This document shows, one piece after another, positions 39,462-48,785 of a stretch of 64,000 bases of DNA. The notes beneath the pieces were generated by a model. That model worked only from the letters and a program-made list of their open reading frames with translations. It ran no database searches and was not told where the DNA came from. Source of the stretch: an uncultured Verrucomicrobiae bacterium. Its GTDB lineage: Bacteria; Verrucomicrobiota; Verrucomicrobiia; Chthoniobacterales; JAFAMB01. The stretch is from positions 767,989 through 831,988 of the forward strand of contig CAVZKG010000001.1 in assembly GCA_963775805.1 (NCBI GenBank). Direction: 5' to 3'. Numbering within the stretch: position 1 is the stretch's first letter; each line of letters opens with the position of its first letter. Both the position numbers and the translations under genes were made by a program.

Positions 39462-40066
39462 AAAAATTTTTAATCCTGTCGGTGGTCTTGCTCTCGTCGG
39501 TGGTTGTCTGTTTGGCTGACCCCGTAGCCGTGTTCGACGTTCAATGGGGCAAAGGGAAAAATCGGCAACAGCGGAGCTTCTCGATAGGTTTCTACGATGG
39601 TGCAGCACCGCAAACGGCCGCAAATTTCAAGAAACTGGTTCAGGACGGTTTTTACGTGCACACGACGTTTCATCGGGTGTTTCCAAACTACCTCGTTCAA
39701 GGGGGCGACCCGATAAGCAAAGGGAAAGATCTCACGGTCATCGGAACTGGGGGACCTGGTTACACGCTCCCGGCCGAAATTCGTCAAAAACATGTGCGCG
39801 GTTCGGTCGCAATGGGTCGACTTCCAGATAAGGTGAACCCCAATCGCCTGTCCAATGGCAGCCAGTTTTATGTTTGTCTCCAGCCGATTCCCGCTCAGGA
39901 CGGCCAGGACACTGTCTTCGGAGAAGTCGTTTCCGGTCTTCCCGCGCTCGATGAGATCAGCCACCTGCAAGCCGACACGAATGCGAATCCGGTCGAAAGG
40001 GTGGAAGTTATTCGAGCCTACATCATTGATCGCTCCCAACTCGGGCACGCGGTGAAAGTAAAGTAA
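39458..40066 (+). CDS. secreted cyclophilin-type peptidyl-prolyl isomerase
   Basis: FHRVFPNYLVQGGDP. Signal peptide MKKFLILSVVLLSSVVVCLA. ATGA overlap with the upstream stop. Confidence 0.9.
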   Translation: MKKFLILSVVLLSSVVVCLADPVAVFDVQWGKGKNRQQRSFSIGFYDGAAPQTAANFKKLVQDGFYVHTTFHRVFPNYLVQGGDPISKGKDLTVIGTGGPGYTLPAEIRQKHVRGSVAMGRLPDKVNPNRLSNGSQFYVCLQPIPAQDGQDTVFGEVVSGLPALDEISHLQADTNANPVERVEVIRAYIIDRSQLGHAVKVK

Positions 40067-40249
40067 GGGGCTTTCGCCATCCGGGCGCTGCATGTTGGAT
40101 TGTTCCCTTTGGAGAGTGAAAATCCGCTTGCGCGCCTGATTCGTGGGATCTATATACGTTCGCTCCAGCTACGGCGACAGTTCGGCGAGCAAGTTCAGAG
40201 TTTCTAAACTCCGAACCGAAGCCACTCCGCCAGTCTGGCAATTAGTTCC

Positions 40250-40332
40250 GGGTAGGTACCGAAGTGGCCAAACGGGGCAGACTGTAAATCTGCTGGCTTA
40301 TGCCTTCAGTGGTTCGAATCCACTCCTGCCCA
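40250..40332 (+). tRNA. tRNA-Tyr: tRNA-Tyr (anticodon GTA)
   Basis: Folded by hand. Acceptor GGGTAGG/CCTGCCC, 3-bp D stem CCG/CGG, anticodon stem GCAGA/TCTGC with loop CTGTAAA, long variable arm GGC-TTAT-GCC, T arm AGTGG-TTCGAAT-CCACT. CCA is not encoded. Confidence 0.9.
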
Positions 40333-40619
40333 TACTTCGCCCCTCGCAAACTCGGCGGCTTCGTAGGGCAAGCCATGTTTGACCACTTCGCATTCTGCGC
40401 ACGGAAACGGCGAAGTATGCCCTTCGAAGTTCGGCTCCTGCAGAACGTAGGAGGGCCCTAATTCCTTGTCACGGCGACTTCTCAGCGCCCCGCCGATTTT
40501 CTCCTTCATCACGCCCGCTTGGGTACGCAAAAAACGATTCTTCCCAACCCTTTTTCTTTTTGTATTTTACTTCACAAATATTCCAATTCCCATCTCCCGC
40601 AACAGAGAGAATACCGTCA

Positions 40620-40787
40620 ATGCACTATGTGTACATTATTGTTTCGTGCTCACGGCCAGAGAGATATTATGTAGGACTGACGAACCACGTCTCGCGCCGT
40701 CTTCGGCAACACAACAACGGGATCGTCAAGTCAACCGCCGCATTTCAAACCCTGGTAGTGCCTCTTCTACTTTACCCTGACCTGTGA
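40620..40787 (+). pseudogene. truncated GIY-YIG (URI) nuclease-family gene
   Basis: MHYVYIIVSCSRPERYYVGLTNHVSRRLRQHNNG is the N-terminal half of small GIY-YIG proteins. The ORF stops at 55 aa. The expected PW... second half is only seen out of frame, with an internal TAG. Confidence 0.5.
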
Positions 40788-40847
40788 GCGAGCTGAATCG
40801 CTGCTCGAGCCGCCAAAGAGATCTCGGGGTACTTCGCTTCAGCAGCT

Positions 40848-40887
40848 CATGAGCCTCATCAGGCCCATGAGCCCCATCAGGCTCATG
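40848..40887. repeat. inverted repeat / tandem 18-mer between convergent genes
   Basis: CATGAGCCT and AGGCTCATG form a 9-bp stem around a 22-nt loop. The region also reads as two tandem copies of CATGAGCC(T/C)CATCAGGC. Confidence 0.5.
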
Positions 40888-40900
40888 CGAGAAAGAGAAG

Positions 40901-42148
40901 CTATTTGATATTCAGCTTCTTGATCTGCGCGGCGGCATCATCGAGAGATGCGCTGATATCGCCGCCTGTGAGCGCTTTTTGGATCGCGGTACGAGTGATC
41001 AAGGAGACCTGCGGGTATTGGGCTCCTCCTTCTTCAGGCCTCGCGCGCGCCGTGTCCATCTGCGACACGAATACCGCCAGGTCCGGAAGTTGTTCAGCTT
41101 CTTTGGCTGCTACATCACGGAACGAAGAGATATAGTTGAAGGTCGAACATAGCTTGACCAATCGATCGGGATCCTGAACGAAGGCGATGAATTTCAGCGC
41201 CGCATCTTGAGTCGCTTTGTTAGTCTTCATCACGCACCAAGTTTCGCCACCCAGTCCAACAACGACTTTATCGCCTTCTTTCGGCACTGGAATCGTGACA
41301 ATTCCAAAGTCGAGGCCACTGCGTTTTACGGCGGGCAACATCCAGGGACCCATGACCATCATTGCGGCTGTGCCACCGATGAACTGGTTTGCGACATCTC
41401 CTTGATTCCAGTTTACGACATCGTGCGAAGCGGCTCCTTTTTGGACAAGGTCAACCCATAGTTTGAGTGCTTGTTTGGCTTTGTCTGATCCGAGGTCCAG
41501 AAGGCTGCCGCCGTTGCTCCAGAGGAACGGTTCCCATTGCCAGGTGGATTCTTCTGTGTTTGTCGCTGAAAACGCGAGTCCGTAGACAGGGCTTTTGGTG
41601 AGTTTAACAGCGTCATCCACGAGTTCGTCCCATGTCTTGGGCGGATCTTTGATACCTGCATCGGCGAACATTTTCTTGTTGTAGTACAACGCCAGACTGT
41701 TGCTGCCGATCGGTATAGCGTAGACGTGATTGCCGCTGGTGATCGAGGCTTTCGGGCCGTTATAAATGTTCTTCCAATCCGGGAAGAGCGAGAGTTTGTC
41801 CGCGATATCGAGAAGAACTCCGGCTTTCGCGACACGAAGCACGTCCGGATTGTCGATCGCAGCAATCGCCGGTGGTCGCTTCACCGCGGCAGTCTGCAGC
41901 GTTCGACTCACCAACTCGCCGAACGGCACGTAGGTTAGTTGGACCTTAATATCCGGGTTCGCCTGTTCGAACGCGGTAATTAACTCACTCAAACCCTGTT
42001 CCTGATCCTTGACATTAAAATAGTGAAGAATCTCGACAGTGGTTTGTTCGGCTCGTGCAGGCACGAGCGATAATAACAAGGCGAAACAGACCGGGAGACC
42101 GATCTGCCAAATGGATTTCTTTTTTATACCGGGGGGTGTTTTTCTCAC
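40901..42148 (-). CDS. ABC transporter extracellular solute-binding protein (family 1, sugar)
   Basis: Signal peptide IWQIGLPVCFALLLSLVPARA and a family-1 SBP pattern. No permease genes are adjacent. Confidence 0.8.
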   Translation of the reverse strand: MRKTPPGIKKKSIWQIGLPVCFALLLSLVPARAEQTTVEILHYFNVKDQEQGLSELITAFEQANPDIKVQLTYVPFGELVSRTLQTAAVKRPPAIAAIDNPDVLRVAKAGVLLDIADKLSLFPDWKNIYNGPKASITSGNHVYAIPIGSNSLALYYNKKMFADAGIKDPPKTWDELVDDAVKLTKSPVYGLAFSATNTEESTWQWEPFLWSNGGSLLDLGSDKAKQALKLWVDLVQKGAASHDVVNWNQGDVANQFIGGTAAMMVMGPWMLPAVKRSGLDFGIVTIPVPKEGDKVVVGLGGETWCVMKTNKATQDAALKFIAFVQDPDRLVKLCSTFNYISSFRDVAAKEAEQLPDLAVFVSQMDTARARPEEGGAQYPQVSLITRTAIQKALTGGDISASLDDAAAQIKKLNIK

Positions 42149-42351
42149 GGGTGTTCCTATCAGGTTGAGGCGATTTGGGTTAGCGTTATGGGAGTTGAAA
42201 TTCAGCGAACGTTTCTATTTTCGTTGTAATACCAGTTTGAACGGGAAACCGATCCAGACGTTGGCGACAATCGTTGCAAAAAAACGCAGAGACCGGTTCT
42301 GCGAGCCACTCGCTTTCATTGAGGGGTAATCGTCGAGAGTACGCCGATAGT

Positions 42352-43425
42352 TCATTGCAATGAAGTTTCTCTGGGAGGAAGGTTGTCCCTGAGATAGATC
42401 TCGACAGGAGCCAGTTGTTGGACCTGATCTGGTGAAAATGTGTTCGAGCAAAGTGCTCTCAACGTCTGGATCGCTCTATCAACAATAAACGCAGTGTTTT
42501 GATTGAGAATTGCGTCCATGGAGTCGTCAGCAAGCGCGACGCGCGTGGCATCTGTAAGTTCATGTGCAAGAAGAACGACTTGTCTTTTGCGACCCGTTTC
42601 CGTGATCGCTCTAGTGATTGGCTCAATTTCGGTTCCCGAGTAATAGATACCGAGCAGATCGCTATTCTCTTTTAGGAGGTCCGCAGCAATATTATACCGG
42701 TTTTCATCATTCCCTGGCTGATCGTTAATCTGGCAGATTTTCAGGTCAGGGAAATCTTCCATCATGACGGATTGAAAACCTAGCAAGCGATCCTGGTGGT
42801 CCAGTTGCTGTAACGGACCAGTTAAGACGGCAACTATTCCCTTAGATTCTCGTGAAAACCGGCCTATCAAGCTGGCAGCGGTTTTTCCAGCCGACTTGTT
42901 GTCAATGCCGATAAAAGCCTGGCGGCTGGAACGTGGCAAATCCGAAACCATGCACACGACCTTTCCTCCGGTGGCGCAATATCCGCCAACCGCCTCGAGC
43001 ACAGACGGATGATCTATCGTAACAATGGCCACTCCGTCGAACAACGTAGCCGTTTCCGCGAAAAATTTAACGACTGCTGCCGGGCCTGTTTCTTCAAAAT
43101 AACGTATCCCGAAAGTTAGGCCGTCTCGTAAGAATCGCCTGCGATTTCGTTCAAACTCGCACTCCAGCTTCAGGAAAAAAGGTACTTTTACTGAGGGCAA
43201 AGCAACGCAAAAGGAAAGGTTGGTACCTTTTGCTAGGCGGCTTGCGTTTCCATCCGGTACATATTGGAGCTGCTCAACCACGCGGAGAATATGCCTGACA
43301 GTCTCGGGCTTAACATTTCCCCGCTTGTTCAGTACGCGGTCAACAGTGGGGACACTGAAACCGGATTCGGCGGCAATATCCACCAACCGCGTACGGGTCC
43401 ATTTTTTTGAAGACGTGTGATCCAT
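42352..43425 (-). CDS. LacI family transcriptional regulator
   Basis: HTH TRLVDIAAESGFSVPTVDRVLNKRGNV plus a sugar-binding core. The start is probably ATG 43425. Confidence 0.85.
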   Translation of the reverse strand: MDHTSSKKWTRTRLVDIAAESGFSVPTVDRVLNKRGNVKPETVRHILRVVEQLQYVPDGNASRLAKGTNLSFCVALPSVKVPFFLKLECEFERNRRRFLRDGLTFGIRYFEETGPAAVVKFFAETATLFDGVAIVTIDHPSVLEAVGGYCATGGKVVCMVSDLPRSSRQAFIGIDNKSAGKTAASLIGRFSRESKGIVAVLTGPLQQLDHQDRLLGFQSVMMEDFPDLKICQINDQPGNDENRYNIAADLLKENSDLLGIYYSGTEIEPITRAITETGRKRQVVLLAHELTDATRVALADDSMDAILNQNTAFIVDRAIQTLRALCSNTFSPDQVQQLAPVEIYLRDNLPPRETSLQ

Positions 43426-43597
43426 TGCCGGGGGGGCGATTGAATGATCTAAAATATGACTAACGTACATCATTTTAGATGTCAACTAGATCATTCGGAA
43501 TTGTTTTTGTAGCCCCCGGCATGAATTCTCGAGTTTGCGGGCAACAAGATGGTTCCAAAAAGAAATTGCGATATTTAAACGAAAGTTCGCTTCCTTG

Positions 43598-44638
43598 TTA
43601 GCGACCGACGGGAATTTTTCGCATGAGAGGCGCTACTTTATCGCCGAGAAGTTCTATGGCGTGTAAGGCCTTGGCATGGGGAAGCGTGCCGGGACTCATT
43701 TGAATGTTCAGGCGGGAAATCCCTCCAAGAACTTCGTTATAGTGGAGGATTTTCTTGGCCACCGTTTTGACATCGCCGATGATCAGCGCGCCGGTAGGAC
43801 CAAGCATGGCATCGTAATGGGCGCGTCGCGTGGGTGGCCAACCCCGTTCCTTACCGATCTCGGTGAACATGTGGGCGAATCCAGGATAAAAATCATCGGC
43901 TGCTTGGGAATCTGAGTCGGCCACATAACCGACCGCATGGATGCCGACCTTCAGGCTCTCGGGAGAATGCCCCGCTTGAAGTCCGGCCTCGCGGTAGAGA
44001 TCGACCAAGGGACGAAACCGGTGAGGTTCACCACCGATGATGGCGATCATCAGGGGAAGACCAAGCGCGCCGGCTCTGACGAAGGAGGCGGGTGTTCCGC
44101 CAACTCCAATCCAAACAGGGAGTAGATTCTGTACTGGGCGGGGGTAAACCGCCTGCCCAGTAAGTGGAGCGCGATGCTTGCCGGACCAGCGGACGCGCAA
44201 GCTCTCTCGAATTTTGAGCAGGAGGTCGAGTTTTTCGGAAAAGAGAGAGTCGTAGTCGCTTAGGTTGAGACCGAAGAGCGGATAGGCCTCGGTAAAGGAG
44301 CCACGCCCAGCCACGATTTCCGCCCGGCCCCGTGAAATCAGATCCAACGTGGCGAACTCCTGAAACACTCGCACCGGATCGGCGGCACTGAGGACCGTTA
44401 CGGCGCTGGTCAGACGGATGCGTTTGGTTCGAGTCGCAACTGCCGCCATGATGACTACTGGCGCAGAATCGAGAAATTCTTCCCGGTGATGTTCGCCGAT
44501 GCCGAAGGCGTCGAGCCCTACACGATCGGCAAGCTCGGCCTCCTCGAGCAGGTTCTGCAATCGCACAACCGGGTCATGCAGCGCTCCGGTGACAGGGTCG
44601 GCCAGCGTGGCAACAAAGCTATCGATTCCAATTTCCAT
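43598..44638 (-). CDS. LLM-class flavin-dependent oxidoreductase
   Basis: GLDAFGIGEHH and an overall luciferase-like pattern. Start ATG 44638 (MEIGIDSF). Confidence 0.8.
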   Translation of the reverse strand: MEIGIDSFVATLADPVTGALHDPVVRLQNLLEEAELADRVGLDAFGIGEHHREEFLDSAPVVIMAAVATRTKRIRLTSAVTVLSAADPVRVFQEFATLDLISRGRAEIVAGRGSFTEAYPLFGLNLSDYDSLFSEKLDLLLKIRESLRVRWSGKHRAPLTGQAVYPRPVQNLLPVWIGVGGTPASFVRAGALGLPLMIAIIGGEPHRFRPLVDLYREAGLQAGHSPESLKVGIHAVGYVADSDSQAADDFYPGFAHMFTEIGKERGWPPTRRAHYDAMLGPTGALIIGDVKTVAKKILHYNEVLGGISRLNIQMSPGTLPHAKALHAIELLGDKVAPLMRKIPVGR

Positions 44639-44900
44639 CTTTTGTGCGCTGGCGGCGTTGAAAGCTCGAGTCCCTCTCCTTCGAGCCTCCGCCTCAGTTC
44701 GGCGGGGGATCCCACTGAAACGGCCACGATGATGCTCCAAATCTCATACGCTAAACGTTGCGCGTGAGTAGGAGCAGATGCAAGAGGACAAACATCGCTC
44801 TGACGCCGTATAGATTCGATCAGTGGCAGTAGCCTCTGTGGTATCCTGCGAGTTCCACAACGGAACAAAATAAAGTCGGATGTAGAATGAGCCGGACCCG

Positions 44901-45131
44901 TCACCCTGTCGCTGTTAAATCCCAGTTGTAGCGTTCTACTTCCTCAATTTCCGATAGGGTGGCATCAGGCCTAAACTTAAACCCATTAAGATCATAGTCA
45001 CTGACGGCGCGGGGTATTGGTTCAAAATGCACATGGGGTCGAGTATCCAGGATCAGCTGAGATCTAGATAAGTTTAATTTTTGTCTAATGCCGCGGCACC
45101 GAAACCTACTCCGTTTCGCTTGGCGTCTCAC
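44901..45131 (-). CDS. small basic hypothetical protein, translationally coupled to the upstream ORF
   Basis: GTG 45131 overlaps the upstream stop (GTGA). The N-terminus RRQAKRSRFRCRGIRQK is very basic. The listed ATG 45161 would overlap the upstream gene by 34 nt. Confidence 0.45.
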   Translation of the reverse strand: MRRQAKRSRFRCRGIRQKLNLSRSQLILDTRPHVHFEPIPRAVSDYDLNGFKFRPDATLSEIEEVERYNWDLTATG

Positions 45132-45856
45132 AATCCCTCTTTCCTTAAGGCGGCTTTCCATTCTGCCCGATCGCTATACTCTGAAAGTTTGCCCAGTCTC
45201 CACGTTCCGTTTTCCAAGACAAAGATAATCTTGTGACTGGAGTATGATTTTAATTTTGAAGGTAGAGCTTGAGTATCTAACTTCGGGCGCATGCGTTGCT
45301 CTAGTTTATTCCCTTCACGAGTTTTGATTGCATGTGTATGGTTCGGGTCGGCCATGAGGAATACACCCGCTACATACCCGGCTACCATGAGTCCGTTCAA
45401 CTTTCCGGCTGCATCTGCTGCTGAAATAGCTTGGCAGAATGCCTGAACAGTAACAACTTCCTGTGAATTTTGCGGCACCGGTTGCGGCGTTTTCTTATCG
45501 AACATTGCAACCCCGGAACAAGTGATAAAGCAGAGCTTTCTGATCCTAAATCCTTGCTCGGCCAGCCAGACGAGTTTTGTTGCGAGTTGTTGGGTACCGA
45601 TTGGGCCCGTTTTCCCTATAGGACCGATGAACTTCCCCCCGCCCCCATGGGCGATTACGTAGGCCCCAGCATCTTCATAATTTTCCGCAGGTCTCTCTTC
45701 GCCACTGAGCTTTACCAATGCCATATCTTCCGCGAACTGAAACTTGGTCACTCGTCTTTCCGCATATGTCGCTATAAGCGATTGCGTTACTCTACCGACT
45801 TCCTCATCAAATAGGTCCTCAGCGTCTTCGAAAATGAAGATACTTTTGCAGTTCAT
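45128..45856 (-). CDS. hypothetical His/Cys protein (C80/DUF4347-like arrangement)
   Basis: AYVIAHGGGGKFIG...KLCFITCSGVAMF...LMVAGYVAGV. The His-Gly...Cys spacing is as in clan-CD C80/DUF4347-like folds. An alternative reading is an HGGG lipase-type oxyanion motif. No signal peptide. Confidence 0.5.
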   Translation of the reverse strand: MNCKSIFIFEDAEDLFDEEVGRVTQSLIATYAERRVTKFQFAEDMALVKLSGEERPAENYEDAGAYVIAHGGGGKFIGPIGKTGPIGTQQLATKLVWLAEQGFRIRKLCFITCSGVAMFDKKTPQPVPQNSQEVVTVQAFCQAISAADAAGKLNGLMVAGYVAGVFLMADPNHTHAIKTREGNKLEQRMRPKLDTQALPSKLKSYSSHKIIFVLENGTWRLGKLSEYSDRAEWKAALRKEGL

Positions 45857-45922
45857 GGATACCTCCAGGGTGTAGCCGAATAACGGGTAAGATGGAATCT
45901 GTTACACTAATTTGATTCAAGC

Positions 45923-46081
45923 TTCTATTTCCCCAAAACGCCCGTCCTTGCTGCTTACATCGACCTCAACCCGATCCGTGCAGGTCTGTTTGCCGATCCT
46001 AAAGACTATCGCTATTGCGGTTATGCCGAGGCGCTCGGCAAAATGCTCCGCTCCTCGCGCCTTGCCGACGGCCCATTTTGA
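45923..46081 (+). pseudogene. remnant of an IS200/RayT-like (Y1) transposase
   Basis: LAAYIDLNPIRAGLFADPKDYRYCGYAEA is the conserved C-terminal block of COG1943-type transposases. There is no HUH/Tyr N-terminal part. Further out-of-frame decayed pieces extend to ~46550. Confidence 0.55.
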
Positions 46082-46691
46082 TCGCAACAAAGTACACGCT
46101 ATTTCGGGGACAGGACACAAGCACGCCAGGGGATCAGAACAATACTGGGCTAGCCAGAAACAGCTTCCTGGAAAGAAGTCAGCCGCGAGTATCGCAAATA
46201 CCTCTTTGTACACGGGAGTTTAAACAGCAAAGCCAATCTCCTTGAAAAATCCGAACCGCGGTGAATCAACAAATGGATATAGCTCGTGTTTTGCCCCATC
46301 GATCGGTACCGACTTGACCAGGGTCAAATAGGGAAAAGCGCCAGCGTTCACCGCTTGTGGAGTCGGGTCCCAGAGGGGGCCGACTTTATTCACTAACTAT
46401 GTGATCCGCATTCTTGTTAGTGAACTCAACGGCTTCGGGATTCGGAACACGACAGGATATCCCTTCGGCAATCGTATTCACCTGGCCATCGAGACCGGCT
46501 TGCCAGATCCGTTAATTCACGGATTGGGTAATCCTGGGAAGTCAGGGATTTGTTGAATTACATTTCTCCAACCTCAAGGCAAAGCTTGATTACATACGCC
46601 AGCACACGCGGGAAATGCAGACTCGTCGTGTTGCGACCTCCTGTGTAGCAACGACTTTCTTGGTTTTCGCTATTTGCCGTGCCTATTTTTT

Positions 46692-46738
46692 CTGACCTGT
46701 CCCTCTTTTCCTCTACTGACCTGTCCCTCTTTTCCTCT
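46692..46738 (+). repeat. perfect tandem direct repeat (2 x 23 nt, 24-bp period)
   Basis: CTGACCTGTCCCTCTTTTCCTCT occurs at 46692-46714 and again at 46716-46738. The second copy ends 37 nt upstream of ATG 46776 (SD GAAGGAG at 46762-46768). Confidence 0.9.
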
Positions 46739-46775
46739 TGACGGGTTGCTTGCCCGCTGGCGAAGGAGTGAGCTG

Positions 46776-48100
46776 ATGTTTGGAAAGTCCTTTATCTTCC
46801 ATCGGGACATCAATGTACGGATGCGTGACGGGATATCCCTATCGGCTAACGTCTTTCTACCGAAATCGACCATTGCCGCACCTGTTATCCTGTCAGTGAC
46901 GCCTTACGGGAAGGATCGCATGCCTGATTGGCTCGGCATGGCGTTGATGCGCCTCGCAGGAGTCCGCTTCGGCAAGCTCGACTGTTCGCGGTGGACGGGC
47001 TTCGAATCGCCTGATCCACTGTTCTGGACGCGAGCGGGCTATGCCGTCGTTCAGGCCGACGCGCGCGGCATGCACAAATCTGAAGGACATGCGGGCATGC
47101 TGAGCGACGTCGATTCCAGGGACTATGCCGAGCTTACCGGCTGGGCGGCCGCTCAGCCCTGGTCGACCGGCGCAGTTGGATTGCTAGGCGTCTCCTACCT
47201 CGCAATGTCGCAATGGCGGGTCGCCGCGCTTCGCCCATCTGCGCTCAAGGCGATCGTTCCATGGGAGGGCGTGACCGACCTATTGCGCGAGTTAGCCTAT
47301 CAGGATGGTGTGACCGAGACCGGCTTCATCGGTGTCTGGTGGAATATACGGATGAAGAAGGGCCGCAATCGCCGCTTCGCCATGGCGGAGGATTTCCCGG
47401 CCAATCGCGATCGGCACCCGTTTGATGATGCCTATTGGACAGCGAAGCGTCCGGACCTCAGCGCGATCGAAGTGCCCGCACTTGTCTGCGCGGGCTGGGC
47501 GGATCACGGCCTCCATACGCGCGGGTCGCTCGAGGGGTTCGAACGTATCAATTCTCGCCAGAAATGGCTGTTCACCCATGGTCGGCGCAAATGGGAAACT
47601 TTCTACAGCGCGGAGGCCAAGGCGGTGCAACGCCGCTTTTTCGACCATTTCCTCAAAGGTGAGGCGAATGGTTGGGAGAGCGAGCCTTCTGTGCGGCTCG
47701 AAACTCGTGTCACCGCCGAGCGCCGGACGATTCGGTCGTTGTCCGCTTGGCCACCCACAGATGTTGAATACCTGCCGCTTTACCTGGATGCTCGTTCTGG
47801 CACGCTGTTGCTGGAGCAGCCACGACGACGACGTCATGCCGTTATCGCTCCCCCGATCCAGACGCTGGAAGGACCAGCTTCCTGTTTCGTTTTGATACGG
47901 CGGCCGAACTGACTGGCGGGATGACGTTGAAATTGTGGGTGTCGACAACCGAGGGCAACGATGTAGACCTGTTCGTGGTCTTGCGAAAATTCGATGCCTC
48001 GAGTCGCGAGGTTTACTTTCCTGGGTATAACGGCTTTGCCCGGGATAGCGTTGCCAAAGGCTGGCTACGCGCGTCGCATCGCGCAATTGATGATGCGTGA
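46776..48100 (+). pseudogene. CocE/NonD (S15) family hydrolase, frameshifted and 3'-truncated
   Basis: INVRMRDGISLSANVFLP, VILSVTPYGKD, LGVSYLAMSQW. Near the (ACG)4 tract (47822-47833) the frame changes. FLFRFDTAAELTGGMTLKLWVSTTEGNDVDLFVVL...GWLRASHRAIDDA* continues in another frame and ends about 100 codons short. Confidence 0.75.
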
Positions 48101-48290
48101 CCAAAATTAGGCCCGCGAAATTCTTTGAGCGTTTCTCCAAAAAACCAATTGGCGTTCTGCTCGGGATCTCGGCTATCGGCAATGGAAACACTTGATATCG
48201 TGCTTCTCATCCTAGGGGGTCTTCTTTGCACCTCTTAGCCTTCATTATTTTGCGAGCGCCGGAGTTAACGAGTGCCCGCAAACTCGACGC

Positions 48291-48785
48291 TCATCTACCG
48301 ATTAGCATCGAAAGTTTTGAGGTCAGCAGCTTTACCATGAATCCAGCAGGATACATCGTGGAACTTGAAATATCTTTCGGGATCTCTGCATTCTCTGGTT
48401 TGAACTTCGTACAAATACGCCATTCCAAGGGGGGTATGTCACCCTGAAATCGTCCACGGTAAACTGGCACCCAATGTTTCGCGTCATCAAATTGCATTAT
48501 CATGGCCGAATTGCAGCAGGTCGCAACAACCCGGCTTGTGGTTGATTGCTCATCGACCTTGTATCCCTTTAGAAGCTCGGCGCCCTTTAAGTTCTTGATG
48601 CGATCTTTGCGATAGAGAACGTAAGCAGTTCCACCATCTGGACCTAGAATTGGAACGGCGTTAGTCAACGCTTCAAGCTGACGAGAACCTTCCTGGCAAG
48701 AGTCACAATAGCAAACGACGCTCGTAATAGGGATTCCGAATGTCTCAATTTCCACGTTTCCGCATGAACAACGAACGATTTGCAT
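48291..48785 (-). CDS. GFA (CENP-V/glutathione-dependent formaldehyde-activating) family protein
   Basis: Cys ligand pattern CSCG...CYCDSC...CC. Confidence 0.75.
   Translation of the reverse strand: MQIVRCSCGNVEIETFGIPITSVVCYCDSCQEGSRQLEALTNAVPILGPDGGTAYVLYRKDRIKNLKGAELLKGYKVDEQSTTSRVVATCCNSAMIMQFDDAKHWVPVYRGRFQGDIPPLEWRICTKFKPENAEIPKDISSSTMYPAGFMVKLLTSKLSMLIGR

Noticed and set aside
40306-40530. 74-aa minus-strand ORF overlapping the 3' end of tRNA-Tyr by 27 nt
   Set aside because: It overlaps a confidently folded tRNA, uses a non-ATG listed start and has no family motif. It may be debris of a former gene, but a CDS call is not supportable.
42149-42351. LacI-type operator upstream of the second SBP gene
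   Set aside because: Only an imperfect quasi-palindrome (GCGACAATCGTTGC) was found. It fits neither the LacI consensus spacing nor the TAGCACGTGCTA motif at 2552.
46692-46738. Possible CRISPR array
   Set aside because: There are only two directly adjacent repeat units with a 1-nt gap, no spacers and no cas genes in the window.
46674-46775. Upstream extension of the CocE/NonD ORF that encodes a duplicated LTCPSFPL peptide
   Set aside because: The peptide duplication is simply the translated 23-nt tandem DNA repeat. A good SD (GAAGGAG) and ATG 46776 lie downstream, and homology starts at MFGKSF.
47292-48191. 299-aa ORF antisense to the CocE/NonD pseudogene
   Set aside because: It is a shadow of a gene with recognisable S15 motifs in two plus-strand frames, and it has no motif of its own.
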